A DNA stretch of 64,000 nucleotides from Octopus vulgaris (taxonomy: Eukaryota). Location of the stretch: assembly GCA_951406725.2 (NCBI GenBank), contig OX597826.1, positions 29,698,001 through 29,762,000 on the forward strand, in the 5' to 3' direction. The position numbers and the translations under genes are program-made. This document shows positions 12,564-26,453 of the stretch, in pieces. How positions within the stretch are numbered: the stretch's first letter is position 1; every line of letters begins with the position of its first letter. The notes under the pieces are model-generated. The model saw nothing but the letters and a program-made list of their open reading frames with translations, was not told where the DNA came from and did not search any database.

Positions 12564-14124
12564 AAGAAAAGTTACAGTATTTAGAATACACTACTCACAA
12601 TATACTGTAGATAGCTTATATTTAACCGGAATACAGGGAGACCGGGTCCTTATGCGACTAGTAAAACTAAAAAAAATATTAATTGGACTACAAAATATCT
12701 GAAATACAACAGAAAACTAATACACATACACACACACACTTCTTTCGCTTATTTCTGTTGTTGCCATAAATGGTTATATGCAGATTAGCTCTGGTGGAGT
12801 AGAGCTATGTGTATGTTCAAAGGTGTTCCAATCAAGACCATCATATCAGTTTTGTTTCATTTTGTTTTGTTCATTTTAGGTGTACTAAATTTATAACATT
12901 AACCATTGATTGAGTGGATCTGTTTTCAAGACAGTTGGGTGTGATTTGACTGCCGGTTCTTAAATCAATTGAACATTTAGAATCTCTTTTATTTCTTAAC
13001 TTGTGTGTGTACTTGCGTATGTACGTACGTACGACATGTGCAGAGCTGTGCATGTTTATGCGTATAAAAATGCAATTGCTAGAAAATGCAAATTTCTTTC
13101 ACACGTTGTATTGATAGTTTAATCTGCCTGTGATTGATTAATCCATTAATTAAGATGCAATCCACTCTTTATTTGATTAGTATGTTGTTTTGGCGCTGCC
13201 TGCTTTTTTTTCCTATTGAAGATAATGTCTGAGTTTAACGTAACGTCACCGCTAGTTATTATGAAACTTCAATTAAAGGAGGAACCATTCTCTACCATTC
13301 TCTACCATTCTAAGCTGTTTGGAGCGAGTTACCAATCAACTGGAAAATGTCTATTCTTTATTTTTTGTCACGTTAATCCTTTCAAATTCTTGGTAACCAT
13401 GCACTTACTTCCGGTTAGATAATTAAATAAAAGAAACTATTTTCGTTCCTGGTCCTAAAATGTCTGTGAGAATTAAGAAAATATCGATTTCTCACGTTGT
13501 GATACAATACAAGAGCCAAGAGCCGAAAAAGAAAGAATATTAAGTTTCCTACCCTGCGAGCGATAGCAGCCAAATCCGCCTCAAATGACACGGCGCTGTC
13601 TTAAGAAAAATTGAGGACGAGTTGAATAATGCCCTTGATTATATAAATATATATCTGAAAACTAAGCGGAATTGTCACGGCTGGAGCGTCTTTGATGGCT
13701 GGTCTAAATGATCAATGATTACTCGCAGACAAAGCGGTCGTTAGATTTACTAGAAAAACCAGCCAGTTCTCCCTCAAATCAGTCTTCTGTCATAAATAAG
13801 AGGTAGGGCATATTTCTATAACTAATAAAGAAAAAAGAAAACCCTTAGGCGGGTTGGTCACAGCCAGAATTTATTTGATCCCCGTCGTCTCTAAACAACA
13901 AAGTAGCATAAATTTAAAAGTAAAAAATATACTCGATGCGAAGTGACAGCAGTATATGACAGGTACTTTTATTTTATCGATCTCGCCGCCCCACGGTAGG
14001 ATTCTAAGACTACTTCAGCGGGATTTGAACTGAAATAAAATAGAGACGTAACTACATTTAGTTACGCTTTCTACAACTTCTGCTGCTCAAACAAAGCCTA
14101 CAGTTATAGAAGTATTATATTTCA

Positions 14125-14309
14125 CTCTTTTTCTTGGTCCAGTCACTAGTCTGTGGTCATGGTGGGGCTCTGTCTTGAAGGTTCTTAGTCGAACAAATCA
14201 ACATTGGCACCTTTTTTAAAGTCTGGTACTTATTCTAAGTTACAGAGATGTAAACAAACCAACACTGGTCGTCAAGCAGTGTAAAGGGACACACACACAT
14301 AAGCACACA

Positions 14310-14380
<71 letters not shown>

Positions 14381-14553
14381 GACTTTCTCATACATGACGG
14401 GTTTTCAGTTGCCGTCTACCAAATTCATTCACAAAAACTTTGGTCGGCCTGGGGCTAAGGTTGAAGATATTTGTTCAAGGTGCTGCGCAGTGGGACTGAA
14501 CACGAGACCCACGTTTGCATAGCGAGCTTCTTAACCATACAGCCATGTCTGCG
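14125..14553 (-). mobile_element. SINE family B
   Basis: Diverged reverse complement with internal (CA)n(TA)n. Confidence 0.75.
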
Positions 14554-15353
14554 TCGATGACGCGGAGTTAAAAACAAATTGGAAAGCAAACGAAGAATAA
14601 AAATCTAATAACACGACTGAGACGCACAGAGTGTTAGAAAAACGAAAAACAAAAGAATTTTACTGAATCTTTGTAATAAATTAATCAACTTTCGAGACAT
14701 TAAATGTTACTGCTGTCACCTGCTCATTGTTTCTCCTCTTCCCACCACCTTTGTCTTCAATATCCAGTTTGAATCTCTCGACGATCAAATAAAATATTCA
14801 TATATTTCTAGAAGAAAATATAAATCTCGACAAAATGTTTTTAATAAGACGAGTCGGAAACACGACAGGTCGGCGAGGCCTAGTCTTAAGTTTTCTTTTT
14901 GCTTGGAAACTATGGCAGGGCCTCCGAAAAAGTGGAAGTGAAAGAGAAGGGTGTTTCCAAACAAAAGACATGCCCTGAATGTTTGCAATAGAAAAGATTC
15001 CACTAAAAGGTACTCCTGTAACCCTAGAACCAGGCGTTCATGTAAAACCGATCAGGTATATTACCTATATAGGCCACGGCGAGATTTGAACTTAGAATGT
15101 AAAGAGCCGGAACAAATACTGCGAAGCACTGGTTCGAAGTTGTTACAGTACCACCAACCCACCGCTTTGAAATGGTAGTTCTTTTTTTCATCGATCCCGA
15201 AAAACCAAAAAGGTAAAGTTAACCTCAACGGTATTTGAACTCAGAATGCTGGATGCTAGCATTGATACAGCAAGGAATTCCATGCGACACTCTAACGACT
15301 GCAAACACACTGCCTGGAATTAGTATGCAGCAAGGGAAAAGGGAACACAAGTG

Positions 15354-15390
<37 letters not shown>

Positions 15391-17089
15391 TGCAAACTGT
15401 GTGATAAGAAGCTTGCTTTCCAACTGCATGGTTTTGGGGTGTGTCTTCTACTATAGTCTTGGGTCTACAAAAGCCTTGTGAGTGTATTTGATAGACGGAA
15501 ACTGAAAGAAACCCATCGCGTGCGATAAAAGTTGGAGCTTCATACGTGAAGCATTTAACGTTTAAAATAAGCCAGAGAATGTTTATTGAAAGATGACAGG
15601 TAATGGTATATCTGCGGAGTACTAATGAAGGTGAGTCTTATAAGACGTCATTTGGTTGAAAATGCGGCCGGCCATAAATGGCTGGACAATTGTAATGCCA
15701 AAGAGATTACTTAGTCCAACCCTATGGGCATAGAATGAGAGGTATACATTTTTGTCGGCAGATCTTGGTTTTCAGGCACGTGGAGATTATTCAGGAGAAA
15801 ACTCCTCTGATGAAGACAGGTAGAGAATGAATCTAACCTACAGTTGAGAGATATCGACAATTTAACACCTGGAGCTTCTCAATTAGATTATGTATATCTA
15901 TCCGTGATACTTTGAAACACAGATAGACATTATGGTGTTTCATGCTACTGGAGATTGTTCAGATCATTATTGGTATTTTCCTTGTTCCTTGATCTAAACG
16001 AGTGAGGATACTGATGATAAACGACTTTTTAGTGTTTGAAGCGAATCCGCTTTTTTGATTCCTTTTGTTGTGGATGCTCGATAAACAACTTATTTGGAAA
16101 GAGAGACTACTCTGAATAAAAAGAGAGATGAATTTCAGCAGTTACAAGTTGGCAGACGGGTGAGAGATCTGTGGGTATAGGTTTTCGATTCAATGATCTG
16201 GAAGCGATGTTATCCAGGCAAGAAAAGCTGGCCTTAACATTGCGTCCATTGAAAAATTTAATTCGTTTATGCGCTGTTGGGGACTGCTGTGTTAGTGGGA
16301 CTTAAAAATTGTTTGAAAGGGAGTCAGAGCTCTAGTGCTGCAGACATGTGATTAGAATTTTCCTGGAAAGAATCTCAAGACAAATTCTTCCAGCTGAACC
16401 GAGGGGTAGACCATGAACGTGATGGTTAAATAATATCCATAGTTTTAGTTGGTCACGTTTGGAAATAGAGCCGAAAATTGTAATGACGGTTGGTTCTGAT
16501 AGGACCCTATGGAGGTGGTGCGTGAAGACACTATCCCTATAATCCTCCGAAGAATAGTGGACGGAAAAGATGGCTGGATATGTGTACAAATGTATATACA
16601 TCTTTCAGCCTAATAGTCTATCTACCTATCTATCAACCTACCAGCTTACATACCAACCTCACTACCTGTTTATCTATGTATGTCTATAAATATCTTAAAT
16701 TTAATTCTATGTTCCACACACACACAAACACACACAGTTAATGTTTTCTTTAGCATTTTATCTAAGTTAAACTGTTATTATTCCTCATTAAAATTATTCC
16801 GCTATATATCAAAATATATTTTTGCATGTGCGATAACTTCTGCATATATGTTATTTACTATAAACAACTTTCACACGTCGTTGGAAAACAAGCTATTGAT
16901 TCTAAAATTATGAGATGGTGTTGGCTGAAAAACATGTTATTGGTTTGAAAGATTAATTATGTGATGAATTATCTCAGTATAACATTACTATCTGTCATCC
17001 AAAACAATAATAAACAACTAAACATATAATAAAGATAATTTATTTCATATAAAACACGACAGCAACAACAAAAGCAAAACTAGTAATTC

Positions 17090-17464
17090 TTTCTAATTTT
17101 GGAATAATGCCAACAATTTTTCGGGGTAAATTATGTCAGTTACATCAACCTCACTACTTTCCTACTTGCTTTATCGACCTCGAAAGGATGGAAAGCAAAG
17201 TTTAGCTCAGCGCAGAATGTGAACTCAGAATGTAAAGAGAATAAGAATAATGGTTTCAAATTTTGCCACAAGGGCAGCCATTTTGGGGAAGGGGATAAGT
17301 CGATCACAACAACCCCCAGTACTCAACTGGTACTTAATCTATCGACCCCGAAAGGATGAAAGGTAAAGTCGACCTCGGTGGAATTGGAACTCAGAATGTA
17401 GCGACGGGCAAAATACCGCTAAGCATGTTGCCCAGAGTGCTAACGATTCTGCCAACTCATCGCC

Positions 17465-17508
<44 letters not shown>

Positions 17509-18283
17509 TTCAAATTTTGCCACGAGGGCAGCAACTTTTTTTTTTGGGGGGGATTAGTCGATTATATCGACCGCAGTGCGTAACTGGTACTTATTTGATC
17601 GACCCCAAAAAAGGATGAATGGCAAAGTCGACCTCGGCGGAATTTGAACTCAGAACGTAGCGGCAGACGAAATTCCTATTTCTTTACTGCCCACAAGGGG
17701 CTAAACACAGAGAGGACAAACAAGGATAGACAAACGGATTAAGTCGATTATATCGACCCCAGTGCGTAACTGGTACTTATTTAATCGACCCCGAAAGGAT
17801 GAAAGGCACAGTTGACCTCGGCGGAATTTAAACTCAGAACGTAGCGGCGTGCCAACGTTTCTGCCAGCTCGCCGCCTTAAAGGGACTAATAATAATAAAG
17901 GTACATGACCAGAAATTTTGGCGAGAGGGGGCAACTCGATTACATCGACTCCAGTGCTCGGCTGCTACTTAATTTACAGACCCTGAAATGATGAAAGGCC
18001 AAAGTAACCATAGTGGAATCTGAACTCAGAATGTAAAACCGAAAAAAATAAAAAAATAAATAATAATGCCGCCAAGTATATCGACCGGTGCGTTAAGCAC
18101 TCTGCCAGCAGAACAATAATTGCTTCAAAATTTGACCCAAAGCCATCAGTCTGTTGAGGGAGGTGAAGAGTCAATCATATTGACCTCAGTACTTAACTGG
18201 TACTTTATTTAGAACGTAAAAACGGACGAAATGTCGTTAAGCATTCTGCTCGGCGTGCTAACGATTCTGCCAGCTCGCCGCCT

Positions 18284-18318
<35 letters not shown>

Positions 18319-18735
18319 TATTATTATTATTATTATACGCCTTTCTACTATAGGCACAATGCCTGAAATTTGGGGATGGGGACCAGTCGATTACATCGAA
18401 TCCAGTACGCAAATGGTACTTAATTTATCGACCCCGAAAGGATGAAAGGCAAAGATGACCTCGGCGAAATTTGAACTCAGAACGTAACGACGGATGAAAT
18501 ACCTATTTCTTTACTACCCACAAGGGGCTAAACACACAGAATACAAACAAAGATACACAAACGGATTTAGTCGATTATATCGACCCCAGTGCGTAACTGG
18601 TACTTATTTAATCGACCCCGAAAGAATGAAAGGCAAAGTCGACCTCGGTGGAATTTGAACTCAGAACGTAACGGCAGACGAAATACCGCTAAGCAATTTG
18701 CCCGGAATGCTAACGACTCTGCCAGCTCGCCGACT
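17090..18735 (-). mobile_element. Cluster of about eight SINE family A copies separated by (AAT)n, including two composites carrying the LINE-like tail
   Basis: Repeated cores. Tail-to-head junctions at 17676/17677 and 18503/18504. Confidence 0.85.
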
Positions 18736-19174
18736 TTTAATAATAATAATAATAATGATAATAATAATAATAATAATGATGATAATAATAATGATAATAA
18801 TAATGATAATAATAATCCCTTACGTAGGCAATAAGCTAAAATGTTGCTTTTAAGGGGGAACAAGAAAACCGATTAAAACTATTCCCGCAATAATTCTATC
18901 GATTGTGAATGAAAAATATTGCAGCAGATTAATTCAAAGTAATTAACTAACTACTTGTTAAGAAACCACTCAATCATATGTCATTACTTAATCTACATTG
19001 ACTTCGCTTTTAATCGGGTTTCATAATTCCGAAGAGAATACGATACTTAACTACTACTTCATTCAATCTGAATTTAAATTTTATATTAGCTGTAACAATT
19101 AATAATATTATAACTGAATTTACGAAGTAAGAGAAAATGTTGTTTGAATGCTCATCATTACCCCCCCCCCCCCA

Positions 19175-19566
19175 CATATATATATACATATATATATATA
19201 CATATATATATATGTATATTCACACCCACACACACATATATGTACAAACACATATATGCACACACACATATACAAATACACATATATACATACATGCGTA
19301 TATGTATGTACATACATACATATACGCATATATGCATATAGACATATACGCATATAGACATATGCGCATATACACATACATATACGCATACATATACACA
19401 TATATATGCGCATACACATATACATATACACAGACACATACATATACGCATAATCGCATACATATATACATAATCGCATACATATATACATATACGCATA
19501 CATATACGCATGCAACACATATACATACACATATACATACATATACACACACATACATACATATAC
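19175..19566. repeat. Compound (CATA/TA/CA)n microsatellite
   Basis: Directly visible. It produces spurious ORFs. Confidence 0.9.
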
Positions 19567-19937
19567 GGTTTAAAAAGCCGATACATAGGTCTTCACATGT
19601 ATACACATGTATATACTTCCTCTCTTCTTAACACAAATATATTTAAATATGAGAGTGTATGTGTGTGTCTGTGTGTATATATACACATGTGTGTGGGAAC
19701 AAAAATACACACACTGGTTGTGGTTCGAATTTTAGTTAATTATTAATTAACTCCCTGGACAACTGAGGCCATTCCAATGATTTTGCCTCAAATGAGTTTT
19801 CTTCCATTTTATGTTTGGTCGTTATACGCACATACACAAAATGAAATACGTATATGTGTGTGTGGCTTGAGTGTTGTGTATATGCGTGCATAAGTGCTTG
19901 ACTGCTGTGTATATACGTGTTTCCGTGTTGTACACTT

Positions 19938-20357
19938 TTACCCTTTTAACTTTTTTCAGTCATTTGACTGCGGTCATGCTGGAGCACCGCCTTTAGTCGA
20001 GCAAATCGACCCCAGGACTTATTCTTTGTAAGCCTCGTACTTATTCTATCGGTTTCTTTTGTCGAACCGCTAAGTTACGGGGACGTAAACACACCAGCAT
20101 CGGTTGTCAAGCGATGTTGTGGGGACAAACACAGACACACAAACTAACACAGGCACACTACATATATATGTATATATATATATTACATATATACGACGGG
20201 CTTCTTTCAGTTTCCGCCTACCAAATCCACTCACAAGGCTTTGGTCGGCCCGAGGCTATAGTAGAAGACACTTGCTCAAGGTGTCACGCAGTGGGACTGA
20301 ACCCGGAACCATGTGGTTGGTAAGTAAGCTACTTACCACACAGCCACTCCTGCGCCT
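19938..20357 (-). mobile_element. SINE family B, near consensus
   Basis: Full reverse complement from tail to cagccactcctgcgcc. Confidence 0.88.
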
Positions 20358-20388
20358 AGCTTCATGCATATATAAACGTCTGAGTGTG

Positions 20389-20690
20389 AAGGCGTGTGGC
20401 TTAGCGGTAAAGGTGTTCGGCTCACGATTGTTAGCTCGCGAGATCGCTTCCCAATGGCACGCTGTGCACTTGAGCAAGACACTTTATTTCACGTTGCTCC
20501 AGTCCACTCATCTGGCAAAAATGAATAGTACCTATATTTCAAGGGGCCATTCTTATCATTCTCTGTGTTACGCTGAATGTTAGGGGTACACGTTTCTGTA
20601 GAGTGTTCAGCCACTTGCACGTTAATTCAACGAGCAGGTTGTTCCGTTGATCGGATCAACTCGAACACTCGTCGTCGTAACCGACGGAGT
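20389..20690 (+). mobile_element. tRNA-derived SINE (head type 2, tail type 1)
   Basis: The tail cagccacttgcacgttaatt..cgagcaggttgttccgttgatcggatcaac..cgtcgtcgtaaccgac is shared with 50583-50955. Confidence 0.7.
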
Positions 20691-20999
20691 ACAAATTTTG
20701 TGTGAGTGTTGTATATAAGTGCCCATGCATGTTTGAGTATATGAATGTACTTACGTTTACGCGTTTTATTTATCATCTCTAAAATGTGTAAATGCATGCA
20801 TGTAGGTATGTATGTGCGCGTGCATGTGCGTGTGCGTGTGTGTGTGTATGTGTGTGTGCGTGCGTGCATGTGTGTGTGCGTATTAATGGGAACGTTGTGA
20901 ACGTCTACATGTTGGCGATTAAATTAATTTTTGTTGTTTTGAGTTCATATTCGCGATATTTATTCATAAATGTAACCGTAGAGGTCAAAGTGTTTGACT

Positions 21000-21494
21000 G
21001 TTCTCCCCATCTCTGCTTATTTTATGTTTTGCCCGATACTTATTCCACCAGTCTTGTCCAATCGCTAGCTGTCATGGATGTAAACAAACCAATACCGGTT
21101 GTCAAGTAGCAACGTCGAGAGGATCAACGCATATATATATATACGGCAATAAGAAAATAGAGGGGATCAAGAGGTGGTATTCATCAACTTTTAGACATTA
21201 TATTATGTCTATTTTTAAATAAAAAACCATTATAACAATATACATACATGTATAACATTATGCTTTGCATATATAAAATAGCAGTAATTATTAAAATATA
21301 TAACGTACAACATAGAAAGTATAATAGTTTCTTACAGCTGTTTCAGCCAAGAGGTCATAGTACCCCACTTTACTGAAGTATTTGGTAGATAAGATTAAGG
21401 TATTTGGGTGGGTCTCTGGGCTTCGTCAGAAAGTTTAGAAAGTTCATAAGGTTAAGTTATAAATATAAATACACACTTTTTCATACACACACAT

Positions 21495-21525
<31 letters not shown>

Positions 21526-21889
21526 AGAGTTTACGAAAAAAACAACAAAAAAGACAGGTGGTGAACAAAACAAACAGATGTATTAGTATAACGCTCAGGA
21601 ATAGAAAAAGTCTTTTACGTTTCGAGCCTACGCTCTTCTACAGAAAGGGACACAGAAACAAGGAGAGAAAAAATGTGTTTAGTGGCTAACGATCTATCAT
21701 GGCGTCTGATAGCATATATATATATATATATATATTCTTTTAGTTTCCGTCAATCAAATTCACCCATAGAGCTTTGGTCGACCCAAGGCAATAGTAGAAG
21801 ACACTTGACCAAGGTGCCATGCAGTGGGACTGAACTCAGAACCATGTGGTTGGGAAGTTAACTTCTTAGCACACAGCCATACCTGCGCC
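21000..21889 (-). mobile_element. SINE family B interrupted at its microsatellite by Penelope-type fragments
   Basis: Tail ~21000-21130 and head 21735-21889. The insert carries hammerhead motifs. Confidence 0.6.
21326..21435 (-). ncRNA. Hammerhead ribozyme motif with long stem II
   Basis: Reverse complement: CTGACGA-agcccagag...ctcttggct-GAAAC-AGCT-GTA, with palindromic stem III (acagctgt). Confidence 0.6.
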
Positions 21890-22683
21890 TAAAAAAATGT
21901 AAAACGGTAAGTCAACAGAATTAGATGTCTTAGAGACATGGAAGTAAATTGGGGATTCGCTGTACTGTTTTAAGGGTCAATGGAAAAATGTTGCTTTAGA
22001 TGTGTTCATTCCAAGGAGCAGCAAGATTTCCTTTTCTAGCATTTCACATAGTTCAACCTGCACAAGCAAATGTGTGGAAAACAAATAGGAATTTTGAAGG
22101 AAGAATCAATAAAGCTAGTTTTTAAACATCGAATGGTTATGGGGCTCCACCAGAATAGAAAAGTAACCAAAGGGGTCCAAGATGGAAGTTAAAAGGTCAA
22201 GGAAGTATATTTTTCGGTCATATACCAATTGGTCAATCTGTCATGAAAGGACTGAAAAAGTAAGTCTATTGTTTAGATAATATTTGTAGATGTCAGTATA
22301 AAAAGAAGTGATGATAAACTATGCGTAGCTATTTAGCAGTGTTCTGTATATTCAGATCAATAGAATGATTGATAGTGGTATAGATGGAGAAACTGAGCGG
22401 AGAAAATGATGATGAATTATGGGTAAGAGAGAGAGAGAGGAGGGGGAGCTCCTTAAGATCTCGATTCGTCTATAGAAAAATCTATTTGATTAAATAGAAA
22501 AAGAAACGTGCACATACATTCAGAGAGCAAACATTATTTTCAACCCATTTGATATTCATTAAACTGACTTTCTACTTAGTGTTCAGTGGAAATGGGAGAT
22601 AAAATTTATCTTTCGAATTATTATTATTTATTTTTGAATAATATTTACTTGTTTTTCATCGGGCAGAATTATAACTGGCCAAA

Positions 22684-23268
22684 GGCGGCGAGCTGGAAGA
22701 AACGTTAGCAGGCCGGGCGAAATGCGTAGCCGTATTTCGTCTGCCATTACGTTCTGAGTTCAAATTCCGCCAAGGTCCACTTTGCCTTTCATCCTTTCGG
22801 GGTCGATTAAATAAGTACCAGTTACGCACTGGGGTCGATATAATCGACTTAATCCGTTTGTCTGTCCTTGTTTGTCACCTCTGAGTTTAGCCCCTTGTGA
22901 GTAGTAAAGAAATAGGTATTTCGTCTGCCACTACGTTCTGAGTTCAAATTCCGCCGAGGTAGACTTTGCCTTTCATCCTTTCGGGGTCGATTAAATAAGT
23001 ACCAGTTACGCACTGGGGTCGATATAATCAACTTAATCCGTTTGTCTGTCCTTGTTTGTTCTCTCTGTGTTTAGCCCCTTGTGGGCAGTAAAGAAATAGG
23101 TATTTCATCTATCTTTACGTTCTGGGTCCAAATTCGCCGAGGTCGAGTTTGCATTTCATCCTTTCGGGCTCGATAAATTAAGTACCAGTTGCGTACTGCG
23201 GTAGATCTAATCGACTGGCCCCTCCTCCAAAATTTCGAACCTTAAGCCTAGAGTAGAAAAGGAATTAT
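22684..23268 (+). mobile_element. SINE family A trimer (two LINE-like tails plus one standard tail)
   Basis: 184-bp period. Junctions aaagaaata|ggtatttc at 22914/22915 and 23098/23099. Confidence 0.88.
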
Positions 23269-23359
23269 AAACTAGTAAATACAAACACCTTGGTACTTTA
23301 AATTACTATTTAAACTCGTGTAGAATAGATAGAAAGGGAAATAGCTTTTCTTAGATTTA

Positions 23360-23758
23360 TCTTTTACTGTTTACTTGTTTCAGTCATTTGATTGCGGGCA
23401 TGCTGGGGCACCGCATTGAAGGGATTTGTCAAACAAGTCGACCCTGGTACTTTAATTTTAAATCTGGTACGCTTATTCTATCACTGTCTTTTGCAGAACT
23501 TCTAAGTCACCGAAATAAACGAACCAACACCGGTTGCCAAATGGTGAGGTACAGACACACACGCGTGTGTGAGTGAGAGAGAGAGAGAGAGGGAGAGAGG
23601 GAGACTTTTAGTTTCCGTCTACCAAATTCACTGACAAGGGTCTGTTCGGTCCTGTGCTATAGTAGAAGACCCTAATTCAAGATGCCAGACAGTGGGTCTG
23701 AATCTGAAATCATGTATTCGGGAAAGAAACTTCTTACCACCTAGCCATACCTGCGCCT
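23360..23758 (-). mobile_element. SINE family B
   Basis: Reverse-complement consensus with an internal (GA)n. Confidence 0.75.
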
Positions 23759-23774
23759 AAAAGAATAGTATATA

Positions 23775-23997
23775 GGACGATGAGCTGGCAGAAACGTTGG
23801 CACGCTGGGCGAAATGCTTAGCGATATTTCGTCTGCCGTTACGTTCTGAGTTCAAATTCCACCGCGGTCGACTTTGCCTTTCATCCTTTCGGGGTTGATT
23901 GAATAAGTACCAGTTACGCACTGGGGTCTATATAATCGACTTAATCCCCTAGTTTGTCCTCTCTATGTTTATCCCCCTGTGGGTAATAAAGAAATAA
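23775..23997 (+). mobile_element. SINE family A with LINE-like tail
   Basis: Ends tttgtcctctctatgtttatccccctgtgggtaataaagaaata. Confidence 0.8.
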
Positions 23998-24927
23998 AAG
24001 AAAAGTATAACGTTAACTCAACACAGATGTCTTAGAGAATTTGTATTTTAAATATTTGTAGATTCGCGAAATGAATTCAAGGGGTTTCATTTCATTAGAA
24101 AACGCTTTTATGAGAGGAACAGAGGGGAGAAAAAGTGATGGAGAAATCTATATAGAAATATAACCGTTTTTAAGACGGTATAAATATGGAAATAGAAATT
24201 AAAATTAAACAGCATGAAATCGATAGAAGAGAAAAAGAAATTTGATTAAAATGGTTTAAAATATCAAAATAATCAATCAGCCCTGATTCTAAAATAATTA
24301 CTTTAGTTGATGGAAAAGAAATTTGGGGAGAAAGAAGGTATATCACCATACATTTAGTCAAAGTGGTCTAATTTTCTTTAATTAACCCTATAAGCGCAGG
24401 CACGGCTGGGTGAGCGGTTAAGAAGCTCCTTTTCGAACTGACTGGTTTTAGGTTCGGTCCCACTGCGTGACACCTTGGGTTTGTAGGCACGGGCCGTCAG
24501 TAATTACTCAGGGTAGTCAGTTGGCGACATTTATGTAGTAAATCACACAAAAATAAACGAAACACAGGCGCGCGACTGAGTTGAAGGCAGATTTATTTTT
24601 GTCTTTATAACATGTAAAGAAAACGGTGTTGTAGAAATGAACACAGTACGTGTACTACTGCATAAATACTGTGATTGAAAAGTAGGGGCGAATTATCCCA
24701 ACTTAATCTACAAAAAAAAAAAAAAATATTAAACATTTTATGCATAGTAATCAGAGTACCCTTCATAATCTTATTGACTTAGGTGCATATTTTGTCATAA
24801 AAGGAAAATGTTGCTATTGATCTATTTTACAGGCACTGCGTACCTTGCCTGCCTTAGGCGGCACCTCCCTGGTGTATATATATATAATTGATATTTGATT
24901 TAGATGTATTTCTCCATTTTCTTATCT

Positions 24928-24971
<44 letters not shown>

Positions 24972-24975
<4 letters not shown>

Positions 24976-25179
24976 GTTGGTGCATAATTATTGCGGCTTT
25001 TTTTTTTCAAAAAATTATATTTAAATGATTATTCCGGAGCATATTCACCATCTACTTCAATTACTATTTCCCATTTGCTTGGTAGACTGTCAGGCCGTCA
25101 TTTAAAGATGCTTTTGTTAAATATTGTTATTGTTGAAGAAAATTTGTTGAAAAAAAACCCGCAATAATTAGGCACAAAA

Positions 25180-25183
<4 letters not shown>
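24972..25183 (-). mobile_element. ~210 bp mariner-derived MITE in a (TA)n tract
   Basis: Imperfect TIRs ttgggttggtgcataattattgcgg / ccgcaataattaggcacaaaacc. The minus strand retains a transposase C-terminus (LPSKWEIVIEVDGEY). Confidence 0.75.
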
Positions 25184-25239
<56 letters not shown>

Positions 25240-26440
25240 TATTTTTTACAAAGCCACAGACGCCAAACAATACCTACTTTTTGATTCATGTCACCCAAGA
25301 CACACTAAAACAAACATCCCTTTCAACCTTGCAAGAAGGATATGCACAATAGTGTCAGAACAAAATACCAGGAACGTTAGACTACAAGAACTCAAAAACA
25401 CCCTAATTGACAGACACTACCCAGCTCAACTCATAGAGGATGGGATCAGACGTGCAACAGAAATCGACATAGAAACTTTAAGAAAAGTTCAACACAACAA
25501 CACACCTTCCCCGAAAATACTGCCTTACAGATCCACATACAACCCCAGAAACAAAGAAGCCTTCACCATCACCACCCAGAATTTACCAATACTTCACAAG
25601 GACCCCAAATTAAAGGAAATTCTAAACATACATAAAATCATTAAAAGCTACAAACAACCTAAATCACTTAAAAAGATTCTCACAAAGGCAAAATTGCTTT
25701 CTGAAATTACGGATGCAAAAGTAAAAAAATGTGGTAGACCAAACTGCGTAACATGCCCAAACCTTCTAGAAGGATCAGAATTCCTCTTCAAAGAGGGACA
25801 AAAATTCAAGATCAAATCTAATTTTACTTGTGCTTCTGAAAATATAATTTATGTCATAAGATGCTCGGGCTGCCACCAAAACTACGTGTGGTCCACGGGA
25901 CTATCACTCAGACGGAGATGCACACTGCATCGACAACAGATTGCATTCCCAGAATACAGAATGATACTCTTTAGTGAGCATATTGAGAAATGCGCAAAGC
26001 AACTACTACCACAACTACTACCAATACAAATTAGACTAAACAGGAAACATTCTTCATTGAAAAATATAAGCCCAAACTTAACCACTCTAACATTCTTATA
26101 CAGAGAAACTCATCCCATTAAATAAAAGAGACAAGAAATATAAAGCGATTATCTCCCTTACACTGGAAGAAGTCACTTATTACCTCCCCTTACCTGGAAC
26201 TCTTCTTTACACGTCATAACGAAGTCATAACACGATGTTTTGAGAAATTTGAATAGTTAACACGAAATCGGTAATTTCTTCAAAAACTGTCACTGTATGA
26301 AAAAAAATTATAACATTCTTCTGACATAATGACTCAAATATATATTTTAACCTTTTAAAACAAGCCTTCTGTAGTTTTTTCACTTTTTACTATTTTCTAT
26401 ATATTCAACCACGTGCTTTCACACACCAACTTTCTCACCT
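25240..26440 (+). mobile_element. 5'-truncated Penelope-like element (RT C-terminus plus GIY-YIG endonuclease)
   Basis: ORF 25352-26125 has L..RHYP, KCGRPNCVTC and NIIYVIRCSGCHQNYVWSTG (GIY-YIG). It is flanked by (TA)n. Confidence 0.85.
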
Positions 26441-26453
26441 ATATATATATATA

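Noticed and set aside
14717-14812. Possible minus-strand host exon (ttctag...gagcag|gtgac)
   Set aside because: All three frames contain stops and there is no partner exon. It is not supportable without RNA data.
15530-16600. Possible degraded retroelement ORFs here and at 7544-7950, 21900-22420, 51370-52130 and 60480-61100
   Set aside because: Composition is suggestive, but no diagnostic motif could be read with confidence.
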